A stretch of DNA of 64,000 bases from Atractiella rhizophila (taxonomy: Eukaryota), in the NCBI GenBank assembly GCA_021432655.1, contig MU271330.1, positions 6,955 through 70,954 on the forward strand, read 5' to 3'. Each line of letters starts with the position of its first letter. Position 1 is the stretch's first letter. Shown here piece by piece: positions 38,981-53,168 of the stretch. The notes under the pieces were generated by a model. It worked only from the letters and a program-made list of their open reading frames with translations, was not told the origin of the DNA and searched no databases. The position numbers and the translations under genes are program-made.

Positions 38981-40001
38981 CAGCTGGTCAGTCTCCAAAC
39001 TCACACACGACTGCAAGGTTCCGTCGCTACCTCTAGGAGAATCATGAATGGAGAAGATACAGGGTAGAATACAGAACCCTTATCTCCTTGATAATCAACG
39101 AAACATTCTGACAGACGCTGAGGATTCGTTGTCCACTGACAGTTGCAGACGTATATCAGTATGCTTACTATGAATGAATCGGATATTATGAAAGGGTTTT
39201 TCGAGCATTACGCTGTATAATTGACTGCACATCTACAAGGGACAATTGTGGTCGCAATGCGAATGTGGAGTCCAGAGAAAGACGTGTGCAAAAGGAGGGA
39301 CGCTACACATTCGAGTAGGCTAAATCAGACAGAGTACATTCGCTTGTTGGATGGCCAAAACAGTACGCTACTATCGTAATCAGTAACCTCGACTATGCGT
39401 CTCAATCGCTAAAAGGCTCGTCAAATCAAGAGGAAAGCGGAATCGAATTCGATGGTTCAAACCTATTGTGCTTTAGTTAAAAACAAATTTACAAACAACT
39501 CAATTTATTTACGCTCTAGAGAGGGTTATCGCAGAAGACTAGGTTCACCTCGAGCGAAGGTCTGCATTACTGTATTTGATGGACGGATCTGCAGATCATT
39601 TGACCCATGTTTGTAGAAGTGATATACATAGCCAGTTGAAGATAAAAGCTGTATATGTGCGGCAAACTCACCTTGGGAGCGTCGCCCATAACCTGTTCCT
39701 TGCTACCGCTTCCCCTTGACAATTTACTACCATTTCCCTGCTCACCCTCAACACCTCTATTCCCCGCTGCGCCAATTTTTGAGCTCTCGGAGTAAGATTC
39801 AATCGTTCCCATGCTCCTCGAGGTAGATTTAACAGCCATTCTGTCCACCTTGTTGTTCACGGAACAGTCACATGACCAAGTGAGGGCCAGCTTCAGAGCG
39901 ATCTTAAGAGGGACGAGGAGGGCCACAGCCAGCAAATACTACATACGACATTCACACTTGAAACGGGGGATCAATCAGCTAGCTCGTAGAGAAGCATTAC
40001 C

Positions 40002-41838
40002 ATGGAATGGGACCAGGTGTGACGGCCGCCCTACTGCCTGCACAGTGCATTCCAAGCTCACGATCTAGGGGTACTCTTAGGAGCTCTCGAACGCGTTCCT
40101 GGCACGTCCATGGCACTCCCTCTCCTCCAGCAATCTTCTCATCAAATTTCTGCATTCCAAAGAGTCCAATACTCATTCCATCCTCGCCACGGACCTTGAG
40201 CGGATCTACTTCGAATCCCTCAATCAACGCCAACTTAAGCGAAAACTCCCTGACGGAGTAGACGTAGAAGATATTGTGAAGCAGTTTAAGAAGCTGGGTA
40301 ATGAAGTGGAGGGAGAGGTGGACAAGGGGGATTATCAGGTGGGTCACTTACCGAAATCCTGCTACTTCCAAATTGGTGTCTTTTTTGGCTCAAACTCTGA
40401 AGAGTGGCGCTATTCATACTTATGCCTAATTCCTGAAAAACTATATGTCTACTTATCTAAGCCACACGCCACGTAATTGTCTGAAGAAAATTCATTTAGT
40501 GAGCCTCGTTGTTTAAATGCAGACTGTTCAAATACTCGCATAATATTGCAGCTTGCGCCATTTTTTTCACGCAACTTTCGCATTTCAAGCTTTCGGAACA
40601 AATTATTTACTAATCACTGTTCTAGCTCTCCCTCACGCTCAAGCTCAAGGATTGTTCTATCCCCTGGTCTCTCGATGATTTGGGCGAAAAGTCCTCCCTC
40701 ATACTCAAGGAGCACCTGCTGCTGCCACTCTTTGGAATAGCAACTTTCAAGCGAGGGGTCTACTCCAAGAAAGTCTGCCTTTCCCATTCCTAACCCCCGT
40801 ACTTTGACTTTGACAGCTGACAAATGTGTGGATACGAAAGGACGTCCAATCTGCAGCGAAACAAACCCCCGACCCCTTTACGGCGCTGCAAATGTCTGCG
40901 AATATCTACCAAGGTCTGCATTTGTGGTCGAAGGCTTCTTTGGGGGCAAGTTTGCATGACACCGAAGGAGAGGAGGAAGACGATGGTGAAGATCAAGCAT
41001 CTACAACAGCAACTGCTCCCAGTCCTGCCCCGAACCTCATGTCTAGTCCAGTCAAAGGCACTGAGAACGAGGGTGCCATGGACGTCGATGAGGAAAGGAA
41101 ACCTGAGAAACGGAATTTGGATGTCGAAGTGGAACCAGATGTAAGTACACCGTCTATTCGCCAACAGGGAACACTTTCTGACCGCGGCCTCGACAGGTGG
41201 AAGAAGTAGAACAGGCACAACATTCACAACGGACCACCGACGTCTCTCGCAAGAAAGATGTGCGTCCCACCAAAACCTCCTTCGACACTGCATCCGAAGA
41301 CGAGGAGGATAAAGAACAGTCCTCAGCGATACCAGCTCCTACATCTCCTCTTCCTTCCCAAGTCAGAAATGCTCAAACATCATACGACACTGCCTCTGAG
41401 AACGAAGACGAACCTCCTGCAGCGTCAACAGCAACACGGCAAGCGTCCCGATTGGCGACACGAATACCTTCTCCGCCTATCGTCTCATCCGCAGCTACCA
41501 GGCAATCTCGTGCACCTTCTTCCTCTGCTTCTGTCTCAGCCGCCGTCAACGAGCCTCCTTCTCGCGCTGCTGGGACGAGTGCTGCACGTCGCCGTGCGGA
41601 GGAGCTGAAAGTTTCGGAGAAAGAGAAGGGGAAGGGGAAAGAGGATATGGATGAAGAGATGGACGTCGATGTCCCACCTCCTTCACAAGCTGAGGAACAG
41701 GCAGTAACAGGAGGGGGGGAGAAGAAGGACTCGGAGGCTCTTGAGAAACGTAAACAGAGATTATTGGATCTCAAAAAGGCACAAGAGGAGAGGAAGGAGA
41801 AGGAGCGGTTGGGGATCAAGAAGAAAAGAAAGCTTTGA
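40002..41838 (+). CDS. Probable XLF/Cernunnos/Nej1-like NHEJ factor
   Basis: Spliced N-terminus PWHSLSSSNLLIKF...ILATDLERIYFESLNQRQL and LSLTLKL..IPWSLDDL...ILKEHLLLPLFGI resembles the XLF head domain; disordered tail ends ...KKKRKL*. Recognised by eye only. Confidence 0.6.
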
Positions 41839-42144
41839 CCCTTTCTGTCATATCAGGTTGTTCGAGCCGCGATCTAGCCAGTGTGTGATGAAGGAACTGA
41901 TGAAATATTATTTCGTTGGCACAGATAAAAACTGATCGAGTACTGATCCTTCAATACCCTACGTTGAAGGTTTACATGCATGGAAGTGCGACCAACAGAA
42001 CGACTCGAAGACCAAACCACTGAACGACATAACGTTAAACCAAAAACACCACTACCAAACCCACCAAATCACTTATTGATGGACGAATAACTGAGGTGGT
42101 CACCATGAATGCCGGGGAAAAAAGAAAGTTCGATAATCTAAGGT

Positions 42145-43642
42145 TTAACCGCGGCTTGTAGGCCGCCTCTCAGCAGAGTACTCCGGTTTAGGCGCATGTT
42201 CATCTTGCACGTGAACCTAACCCGTACCAAACCATCAATATGCTATCTAAAAGAAACGAAAGGGAACTAACCATTACTCCGACCTGCACTCCATTCATCT
42301 CGTATCCTCCTCTCGTCAAATTGTATGTTGTCAATCCAACGCCATTGCTCTCTTCCTCGATCGACAACCTATCGTGCTTCTCCCTCGAATTGGCAGACGA
42401 CTGATCGTGCAGATCATTGAGAGCGACGGCGAGGCCTCCCATCGATTGATTGTGCTGAGCGCCTTTCGAGACTCCATGAGCTCCATGTGAGGAACTGAGA
42501 TTGGTCGCTTGTCCGGCAGCGTGGTTCCTGAAGAAGGTACCTTGTCCAACAGCAGCGACGGCGTGCGCTTCCTCGGCTCGAAGGTTGAGAATTATATGTG
42601 AGCAGGCGACAGAGGTGAGCAGCAGGGACCTTGTTCGAACGAAATCAATGATCCGGACAGGAAAGAGAAGGGGGGACAAACATGGGACTGTTGACTGCTT
42701 GAAGGGCAGGATTCGGAAGAAGGTAAAAGATTGTGTTGATCACTATCTCCAAGCGGGAAATGTTAAAATGATGGTGCTCCAAAACGAAAAACGGCACGGG
42801 GACGTACGATTGCAGATGAAAATACATCCGAAATACAGCACTCCATCTCTCAAAAACAGCTTTAAGATAGGCGTCCTTGTACCCTGTTTCATGTAACGGA
42901 TGCATCGGTAGAGAGTGAGTATGAGGACGACGGTGTCAAAGACTATCGGCGAGACCCAATAAGCAACGGTAAAATCTTTTCCGTTTTTGCTTCCACCTAA
43001 TTCATCAAGGAGGTATGAATATCTCTTCCTTCAAAGCATGAAGAGAAATACGAACCAGTAGCAATGCATGGTCCAACTCCAGAGATGGGAACCGCTGATG
43101 CATAAATCAGTGCAACGATCAATAGAGCCGAAAAATATCTACGTACGCCTGAAAATGTGTAGGGAAGTGAGAAGCACGGCGATTTCTCCGGTGAGAAGTG
43201 TTATCAGACCCCAGAGGACGTATTTATTCTTTTGCCAGATCGCGTACGTTCTGACGAGCAAGATGCACTCAGAACAGACCGTCACCCACATACACAACCT
43301 GTCCATCCCAAACCTTTAGTCAACAAATGCATCGACAGGGGTGAGAGGTAAAGAGCGAGGAAAGACGCACGCAGGGATCCAAATGACGAATCTATCGCAT
43401 GTTTGCTGGGTAAAGTTGCTCAAGAAGCTCCCAAGCGATAGGCCCAGGACGAGGATGGTCCAATATCGATTAAACAGATATAAAACCTTGATAAGGGACC
43501 AGGGATTCTTCCAAATCCTCTCATACTCCTTAGGGAGGGCGAGGATCCAATCCCAAACCGTTACAGAGTAGATAGCCGTGAAGTAGATCTGTGTCACTCG
43601 CACGAGATGTTCGGCGTAGGCGATGTCTGCTGGTGAGGACAT
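42145..43642 (-). CDS. DUF6533-type multi-pass (GPCR-like) membrane protein, intact copy
   Basis: Same exons as 1662-2839, but continues KGAQHNQSMGGL...GVQVGVM, intron, VHVQDEHAPK...RG* (stop 42145). Confidence 0.85.
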
Positions 43643-45299
43643 GGCGATTTTGTTCTAAAGAAAAGTAAAAAAAGCGAAAGTTGGGAAGTTGCGCTTTTGA
43701 ACTCGATTCGTGCGAGAATAAATGGGGGAAACGATGAACGGACAGTGGATCCGATCGACTTGGACGAGTTGAGAGTCCGAACGAGGAAGTGACACTGTTG
43801 CCACCCAGCCACGACTGTGGTTAGTATATTGTTCACAAACCGATGCTGTTATGTCGGAACGAGGGGAAACGAACCACGAAGCCGTTCGAGAGAACGAGGA
43901 GATTTCGTGCCGTGAGCGAAGAGACGAATAACTCTGGGGAGCAGGAGAGCCATGAAGGGACGGGTTTATATATGTTTGGGGTTGGAGTGAGCGGCACGTG
44001 AGGGTGATACGTAGCTGAGAAGACGTTGTGCGGGAAGGTGAGACAGGAATGGAGCCATCTTGGAACCGATCATCAATTTTCCCAGCGCCTCTTCGCCTTC
44101 TGTCTGCTTCTGAGTGGCCCTTAGCGCAACTTACTAAGCGAGAGAGTGAATAGCATTGACGTAAGGAAACAGCCAAGAAAGCTAGAAGGAGATTGAGTTT
44201 AAAATTTGACACTCTCCTGGAGTCCTCCAACGCTCCCTAATCTGCCAGGCGGTTTATTCAGTTTATTACGATTATGGTGAGGCGACTAGAAGATCACGCA
44301 TCTCCTAGTTGGGCGTCATGTATTAGCCGCCACGGTTGAGTTGGAGTAGCTGGGAGTAGGAGTTTAAAGAGTTTGGGAGCAGGGAACCTTCCCACACCAA
44401 AGCAGCCCCCTCCAAATTTCTCAGCATCGCAGCACCAGCCTCAGTCACTGGCTCTGACAGATCTAAAAACGCCTAACGGTTAACGTTGACGACGTAATTA
44501 TGGTGTGGTACTTTGCACATCCATGTAACTCGGCCACTCGAATGTCTGCGTGAATGAATCAAATGATCGCCCATCCCAGTAAGATCCTTGAATTCTGTTG
44601 CAAAGAGGAAATTCCACAAATTAAACAAAAAGACATTCGAGAAACGCCGGTTGGATCACTGACAGCAAACACGAACCGAAGTTCCAGCGATCCTGTCAAA
44701 CTTGGGCAGGTTTCGGGCAGAGCAGCAAAATTCGTTCTCCTGCACAACAAACGACTTCCTATCGTCGCACGCAAAACGGTACCATCGACTAGAAGCGTCA
44801 CAAACTGATCGAGCTGATCGAGGGAACAGCTCAAGTGCTCATGCAAATGTATTCTTGGATCGTCCTTCACCCACACGAACGGACTGCGCACGACCGTCTC
44901 CCTCCTCAGACATCCAAGTTGCAGAGCCCCCAGACATGACCTTGACTGCAGACTTGTCAAACTGGAAGCTGTAATTTGAAGAAGGTGATCGGTCAACACC
45001 AGTCAGTTCTGGAACAGGCGCATTGACGCTTCTGGTGGGTCTGTGAAGCCAGTTATTTGGAGAGGTGTAGAACAACAAACCTCAACTAGAAGGCTTTAGG
45101 TTCGTGGAACGGTCCGTCACGAATGGCCAAGTTGAGTGAGAAGAGGAGTGGGAAGGGCGAGATAAAACTAGAGCTGCACATGCTGCTGTGCTCTCTGGAT
45201 CTAGGAAGAGAGGTGTAAGGGGTGCTGCTGACTACGGAGAGAACCGAAGGAAGCACTGGCAGGTTGCTCGCAGCATTCTTCTAAACTGGTGTAACCTAA
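42466..45299 (-). repeat. Inverted segmental duplication, right (probable donor) copy
   Basis: Reverse complement of 1-2839. The gene reads uninterrupted across 42466, so this is the likely ancestral copy. Confidence 0.97.
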
Positions 45300-46426
45300 C
45301 ACTCATAGCGCCGTCCGAGAGGGCCTTGCTATTTGGCGACCTCACAACTCAGGATACCCGCTAGCGCTCGGAGCTGAAGCCTCCCTACAGATTGAAATTG
45401 GTGGGCAGAGAAGTCAAACGGCGCAGTCAGGACTGCAATCTAAATTGGGTTCAGCCCGCATCACTTTCAAGATCTAATGAAACCTGGTGAAAGTTGACTT
45501 TAACTTATGAGGTACGTATGGCTTGAGCAAAACCTTCGAGCTCCCTGATGAATGAAGCGGCCATGAAATTGGTCCATCTTGCCCGCGTGCTGCTAACAAC
45601 CTCTGACGAGGAAATGGATGCAGAGTGGAGCCTAAATTAACCAGTAATTGGAGAACGCCGGTTTACATCCCTCCAGACACTGTCTCTCCTCGTGATATCT
45701 TCTACAGAGCCCATCAAAATTGCGAGTTTCCTGCTTCCTTCTCTCCTCATTGATACAATATGATATAGAGTCATATCCATTTCATTTAGAAGCAGTAAGA
45801 ATAGCTTCATCATAGCCCTTGCTGCCATTTTACTGTTTGATTCAAAGGTAGCCAGGTCAACAAGCGCCAAGGCGTTCAATTCTGTGAGGGCAAGGAACCC
45901 GACTCGAAGGCCATCAGTTCCAAAACGCGCCAACATTTTGACATAGACGTCGTATAGGAAAGAACATTGGAAATGGAAAGGGACGCGTTCTTGAACATCC
46001 AGGTGAGAAACTTACCTTCGTTGCCCTTCTCCTTGGACGGCCCAATCATAACAATTCTACAGCTCAACTTCGTCCCTCCCTCACAGCTGTCACGCCATCT
46101 TCCCATTTCTGCACATCAACCTCGCCTTCTCCGAGCTCCCTTATCCAAATCGCGCATACTTGTCCTCCCTCCCACACCTCAGGCAAGTCAAAAGGCAATC
46201 GCCGCCCCTTTTTCTCCTTCTTCAATTCGTTCATCTTCATCAAGTCGTTCTCTCCCATTTCCGAAATTTCTCCAACGACCATTATGAGTCCTTTGGGAGC
46301 AGGGAGGGTGATCGACAAGGCAGAGTTTTCGATGTAGGAGGTGCAGGAACAGACAATGGATGGAGGAGAGGAAGGCGACAATGGTGACGTGAGGAGAAGA
46401 GAAGCGGACGAAGGGGAAGAGGTCAA
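44559..46426 (-). pseudogene. Degenerate coding remnant, possibly histidine-kinase-like
   Basis: Several same-strand overlapping ORF fragments in shifting frames. Weak resemblance of ARAMMKLFLLLLNEMDMTLYHIV to a HisKA box and of DPRI..QFVTLLVDG..ATIGS..LRFVFAVSDPTG to HATPase_c. Confidence 0.25.
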
Positions 46427-48788
46427 GACACTGTTCCATCATGCGATGCGATCCGTCAGCCAAAAGGAAGAAAGGAAATAAGAAGCGAACCGAGCCAGGA
46501 ACCTCACTTTGGATCCCAGTTGAAGAGTTGGCAGGGAGGAGAGTGAGGTCAGCGCGGCATACGAGGGTCGATTGGACATTCTGACAGCTTTGCCCGCATG
46601 TGCTCAGAAAGATTTAAGATTTCAGAGGTGCCTCGGAGAAGAACTCAGCCCTGAGAAGGAGGTGGCCTGAGCAAAGCGGCGAAATGGATGGCTGGTAAAC
46701 ATCAGGTGACCGCATTCTGAAACGGGGGCGGATTGTGAGTCACTTTGTGCGGCTCCAAATGCGGCTCCGCCGGCAAGAAGATCGACAACATAAATAAGGA
46801 GCGTGTTGACACATCCCCAGATTCAAGTCGGTGAAGAAGGGACTTAGGAAGGTGAGGGAAGTGCAATGAAAGTGTGGACTGAAGTATAGGAGAGTTGCTG
46901 AGCTAGTTGATGTGGTACGTCCCGAGCAAATGTCTAAATTACCGCGTCAGGGACATGACTGTCCAACATATATAAAACATGTGTTCAGGGATTTCAATCA
47001 TCTATCCACCCAGCTTCTGAGAAGTATGTTAGAATTTGTAAGCAGTCAACTCGCCTGAGAGAGGCGCAGAAGGATTAAACTCCAATTTTCAAGACTAAAT
47101 CATCAGACAGGAATTGAAATGTGTTTTGGTTGTCGGAATAGACGTGGATTGCGGATCAGATAATAGTTTGTGCACTTGCAATATGCGAAAACAATGAATC
47201 TAAAACAATTGTCTGTCTCAGTGCATTGCTTTTTCGGTTCCAGTAAGCCATTGTAGACAAAACGAAGCAGGAGACAGAGCAAAGTTGTTCTTCTCATTAT
47301 TGATTGACTTAGAAGTCTGTATTGCTCCACCATCCATTCTAGATTGTGTAACCAGTATGCAGTGAAAGTATTCGTCCTCGGCATAAAAGGATGGAAGTCT
47401 CATCTACCATTTTCTATTTTCCGTTGACTTCTTCCTATCGACGAGAGGAAAACTTGGCTTCGTATTGATTGAGGAACGACTGCTTTACCCAGAGTGAAGG
47501 ACAGAGTATCAAAGACCCAGTATCTTTGTCTCCCAGGTGCACTACTACAACATTACTGTTCTGCCGTTGTTCTGGTTCATCAGGATGGTCATCACTAGAC
47601 GCTGAGGCTCGCTGTCATGAATACGTCTTCTTTCCTTTGCTCTCTTTATATCCACTTCCAAGCTCCTTGGATGCCTCCCAAAGTGTTTGAAGGAGGCGGA
47701 GAGAAGTAATACATCACGAACACCTGAACGGTCCCTCGTTCCGTGTGAACACTTTGGAATACTGCAATGCAGCGGGGTGAACTAGGAGATTAAGCTTATC
47801 AAGTCGTCTTGTGACAGGAAAGAAGAAAAGCTTGGAGTGGAATTGGAAGGAGCGATGAAAGCTCCTAAGAGTGAGGTGATAGCGAGAGCGATCCCAACTC
47901 AAATGAACCCACTTACAAATGTAGTGGAGAGAAGGGGAACAAGCCCTACTTCGTCTTTTCATTTCATTTTGCGAGTGAAGAGGAGGAGAGAGGGATCCCG
48001 TTATCAGCGGGTTTACGATATGGTGAAAATCACCCGCGTTTCTATCGCAGACGAAGTAGAGAGTTTTTGACATGAAAGGACATATCCTCGGTGGGAGAGC
48101 CTCCTCTCGGGGAGCAATGCGGTTAAATCCTGTCCTCGTATTCAAACCTCGGGTTGGCTGCTGAGCACGCCGGTTGACAATTCAAGGTAGTAACCAGCAC
48201 TCAGAACAACGTTATGAGGGCTCATCAGTCTCACAATGCACATCCCAACGCTCTGCTATGTCTCTGCTCTACCCAGTTTTGTGCAACATTTCTATTATAG
48301 AGTACCACACCACGTGCAAATGTTTAATTGCGAGACTACAGTTTGCCTTCCCCCGCTCCGCGACTGCGCGATTTGCCGTTCCCACCAGATTCTTATCGTC
48401 CTTGGCTTTCAATTGAGACAAGTTACGCGTTTACAAAAGGTGACAAAAGGACGAAACCTTGCTTTCGACATCTCTTGGCTGTTGAAACATAAGTACTCCA
48501 ACTGAAGAAGGCACACGATAAACGCGAGACGGCGCGATATTGCCAGCGCATGAGATAAGATACCCGCGTCGGAGGATGGGATTCGATTGATTGGAAGAGA
48601 AGCAATCTCCAGAGTCAAGACCTTTCAGTCAATTGGCACACGCTGCTCGACAGCCACTCCACCGGTGCTTGAGAATCACAGAAATGTCTTATAATGTCCT
48701 CCCCATCCTCTTTCAAGTTGCGTCTCAGGCTCTCCTTCCCCTCCCAACCGGCCGTTGTCAGAGAAAGTGCCAGAAGGTATAGGTAAAG

Positions 48789-51700
48789 ATGGATTCCAGA
48801 CTTGAGAAGAACGTTTACGAAGACGATAAGTCTTTGGACGAGAAAGCAGCCGATGGAGTCGCTGTATGTTCCGTTTTTCTCCCGTTTCATTGGCTAGTTT
48901 TGAGGTATACGCTGTTGAATAGGACGTCCAAGAGGTCGCAGCTCGCGATATTGGGGTATTGCCTCGCTCTCTCGTTTGTAACACCAGCATTGACAGGTCA
49001 ACAGGCAATCCCATCTGATGTCGCTGAGGCCGCAGAATTTGCGAAGACGATGTCAGATGAGGAGGTTCTGTCCGTAGCTTGTTTGATTGCAGGCGATCAC
49101 GCTCACCATATTTGTCTGCAGGGAGAAGGCACGCTTCATTCATGAGATGCATGGAAAGGATCCAAACTTCCCTCCAAAAGCCATGGATCTCATCATCCGG
49201 TCGCTGAATGAAGACTTAAGGGCGACCGATCCTTTGGCCTGGAGCGAGTTGAAGGTTGAAATGGCTCTGATCACCATCAGTCGGTTTTTGGGTTGCTTTC
49301 TTGTCACGTGCTCAAGGGATTCGTCGGACAGATTCTCCTTACATGGAGGTCAGGGCAGTGGTGGACAACCATGACGATCCGAATGAACCCTGCATCACAG
49401 CAAGGACTTGGCTTATTGGCATCGTCTACGTTGCAGCTGGTAGGATCCATTCTTCATTAAAAAATCCTTTCTCATGCTTCCCTTCAGGTGCCTTCATCAA
49501 CCAATTCTTTAGGTATGTTCACTCCAGCTCAAAGGCGTTCACATTCTGACCGAAGCTCTTAGCATTCGATTCCCCTCCATCTACGTCAACTCCAATGTGG
49601 CTCAGATCCTGGCTTACCCTGCTGGTGCTTTCTTGGCTCGGGTTCTCCCTTCGACTGTTTTCAACACTTTTGGTTATGAGTGGAGCCTAAATCCTGGTCC
49701 TTTCAGCAAGAAAGAGGTATTCCTTTCCAATCATCATAATGTGATATTCTGATCATTTCAAAATCTAGCACATGGTTATCACCATCATGGCTAACGTGGG
49801 ATTCAACACGCCTTACACTGCGTACATTCTCTGGGTCCAGTACCCCGATCGATTCTTTGGACAGAAGTGGGCTCTAGACTATGGATATCAAATCACGACG
49901 GCTTTATCGACCAATTTCATTGGTTACGGTCTTGCTGGTCTTACGCGGCGCTTCTTAGTCTACCCAGTCATCAGGTGTGTTGTATTCGACTTTTATTTGG
50001 TCTTTCTGTTGATGTTAATGGCCGTGGTAGTATCTGGCCGCATAATCTGGCGACGATTGCGCTCAATAGGGCCTTCCATGAACGTGACAGCTCTACAGCT
50101 GTAGAAGGTGAGTTTCGAGTCAATGTGAATAGTACGAACCATTTACACTGATTCCACCAGGTGGTTGGCGCGTCAGCAGAATGAGGTACTTTACCTACTG
50201 CTTCGGAGGTGAGCGGCCAGCTTGACTCGCTGGAATGGACTCCTCATTGAGGTGCAAGGGATGTTTGTCTACTTCTGGTTCCCTAACTTCATCTGCGAAT
50301 CTTTGACCTACTTCAACTGGACGACTTGGATTGCCCCCAATGTTCGCCTTTTTGCCTTTCTTTTGAGTCTCAGTGACACTAAATTGCCACGACAGAATAA
50401 GAAACTCGCTTGGATCACTGGCCTCAACACCGGCCTCGGATTGAATCCTTTTCCCTCCTGGGATTGGAATTTTCAGGCTGTGGATCCTGTGCGCTCTTTG
50501 ATATACTAATATGTAAACTCTGATCCCTCACTGTAGTTGGTCAATCCTTTCTACGCAACTGTCAACAACTTCGCTGGAAAACTGATCGCCTTCCCGGTTA
50601 GCAGTCAGTTCGACAAATGACCTTCTCTAACGATATGGTTCAGGTTATCCTAGCTGTCTACTTCACCAACACCTTCTATACGTCGTATCTCCCCCTAAAT
50701 TCCAACGGAGTATACGATAATACCGGCAAGAGGTACAACGTATCCAGGATTGTAAACGATGCTGGTCATTTCGACCTAGAAGCCTATAAGCAGTACTCCC
50801 CCGCTTACCTGGCTGCCTCCCAGTCGTTGGTGAGCATACTCCCCTGACTCCAATCAAAAACTGACCCGCCGTAGGTCTATGGTGAGATAGGATCCGACCA
50901 GAGGAGGCGAGAGCTTGACATTAATGTCTCCAGGCTTCTTCTTTGCCGCCTACACCAGCACCATAACTCACAGTATCCTTTATCATCGCCATGAGATCGT
51001 CTACGGTCTCAGGAACTTGTTGAGGCGCCGAAGCGCTTTCGCAGATGCTGACGACATGTGAGTAAAAATCCACTTGTGGCTTCGGATCGCTTACGATTGT
51101 ATAGCCACATGAAGTTGATGTCCAAATACAAAGAAACACCTGAATGGTAGGTGTTTCTAATCTGTCAAGTGATTGTGAGTTGACGAGTCTGGGTAAGGTG
51201 GTATTTCATTGTTCTCTGCGTTTCCATTGGCATTGGTGCCGCCGGAATCGCTGCATACCCCACCCATGCTCAAGTACGTTGTTCATCAGTTCCTGGAGGG
51301 TCATTGAAGCATTATATAGCCGGCCGTTGTCCTCTATGGTCTTGCGCTCGGTTCGTTGTGAACCTACTTGACGGAGAAGGCGTTTTGATACATATTCTAG
51401 CGCTCATCTTCTGCGTACCGATTGGCATCATCAAATCCATCACCAATGTTGAAGTTACACTCAATGTGCGTGCTATTAGTTTCTTTATGATCAAAACTGA
51501 ATTCAGACAAAGGTGTTGGCCGAATTCTTGTTCGTCACTCATTCTTTCTCATTTACCTTGACCTGAATCATCAACTAGTGGAGGATTGTGGTTCCCGGGT
51601 ACTTATAATTTGACCCTCCACGAAGGTAACTTCTGACCAGTTGTTAGGTGACGCGCTGTCCATGAACTTCTTCAAGACCTATGGTGGGCAAACATTGCAG

Positions 51701-52943
51701 CGTCAAAATGTTTACTGAAACCATTTGAATTCAGGATATGTTACGACCGCCCATACCCTCGCCTTCGCCCAAGATCTCAAACTGGCACATTACTCCGTAA
51801 GCCACTCAATGTGCAAAGAAATGAAAACTCAAAACGCTGTATAGCACATCCCTCCGAGGATTACATTTTGGTGTCAAATGATTGCAACTCTCGCCTCTAG
51901 TGAGACTTTCTATCTAATCTTTGTCTTTAGCCGCTAATGGAATATTTAGCTTTTGTCACTATCTCTATTATGTGAGGAATTTCTCCAAACCATGTAACGC
52001 AGGAATAACACGCCGAGGTCTGCAGTAACTGGCAAATGACGAGTATTGAAAACGTGTGTGATCCTCTTCAAAAGGACCGTTTCACTTGCCCTGGCGCAAA
52101 CACATTTTTCACTGCGTCCGTGCTCTGGGGAACTTTGGTGAGTAGACTTCGGCTTTCGCGACCAACATCCTAACAGCTTCGTAGGGACCTGCCAGGATGT
52201 ACGGGAAAGGTGCCATCTACGCCTATCTCCTCTTTGGCTTCTTGGCTGGTTTGGTTCTCCCCATTCCGTGAGTCCTTGTTAACATCCAATCTACTCAAAA
52301 CCTAAGATCTAAATAGCTTCTACTTCCTTCGTAACAAGTACAAGTTCATGCAATACGTGCATCTCCCCGTCATCATCATCGGTACTCTGGGATGGTAAAA
52401 AATTCATGTACCTCAAATTTCGAGCGAACTAACTTGCGCATCAAGGTATCCCTACACCCTAGCGAACGACTGGATGTCCATTCCCATTGGGTATCTTTTC
52501 AACCACTACATTAAAGGACGTTACGTTGGATGGTGGTCTCGCTACAACTAGTGAGTTCAGACACTCCTTGTCTAGTTATCTAATGTGCCTTTCAGCATTA
52601 CATCAGGAGCATTCTCTGCCGCCATTGGTCCGTAAATTTCGTCCGTCATCCTCCCTCTTCTAACATTGCTCCACAGCGCTTGCTGGAATCATTATTTTCT
52701 TTGCCCTGCAGTATAACGTATGTTCCTCAGAAATGATTGTAAAGCTGCTCATGCTTTCCCTAGGATGTCTACATTGAATGGAGCGGCAACACTCGACCTT
52801 ATGAGGGTTGTGACTTCGGCGGATGCAGACGCCTCGCCATCCCTGAAGTAGGGCACTTCGGCCCTGTGCGTAACATTTCCGTTGATGTTTGATTGGTACT
52901 GACACTGGATCGTTCGGTTCAGGGCGTGGGAGAGTTTGATTAA
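48789..52943 (+). CDS. OPT-family oligopeptide transporter (very intron-rich)
   Basis: DSPYMEVRAVVDNHDDP..TARTWLIG, AQILAYPAG, LNPGPFSKKEHMVITIMANV, GYGLAGLTRRFLVYP, YFWFPNFI, DLKLAHY.HIPPR and ASVLWG..GP; ends HFGPGVGEFD*. Confidence 0.95.
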
Positions 52944-53168
52944 GCTGGATAGAGGGAGTGTGACAAGTTGTCTTGGGGACCGGATCTTTCTGTATCTTAA
53001 CATGAACGTTCGTTGCAACGAGCCATTCTCAAATCAGATCAGGCTAAGCACTCTGGAATGAACGAATAATCTTAGCAGCCAAATCAGATTGGTCACGTGA
53101 GTCAATGATGGCAAACAAGCGCGTGCTTGATATCAGAAAGAACCAGATCAGGACCCCAAGACACGGCG

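Noticed and set aside
23014..41838. A functional chromatin or regulatory gene cluster (CHZ1, velvet, EZH2-like, XLF-like)
   Set aside because: Interspersed with unrelated genes (VPS20, COG8); no shared motif; expected by chance in a gene-dense genome.
2839..42466. A giant transposon or Starship-like element bounded by the inverted repeats
   Set aside because: The repeats are a host gene plus upstream DNA, the interior holds ordinary housekeeping genes, the right copy reads through its boundary, and no transposase or tyrosine recombinase was seen.
48390..48565. GATA motifs upstream of the OPT transporter (nitrogen regulation)
   Set aside because: Biologically plausible, but a few 4-5 bp motifs do not clearly exceed chance.
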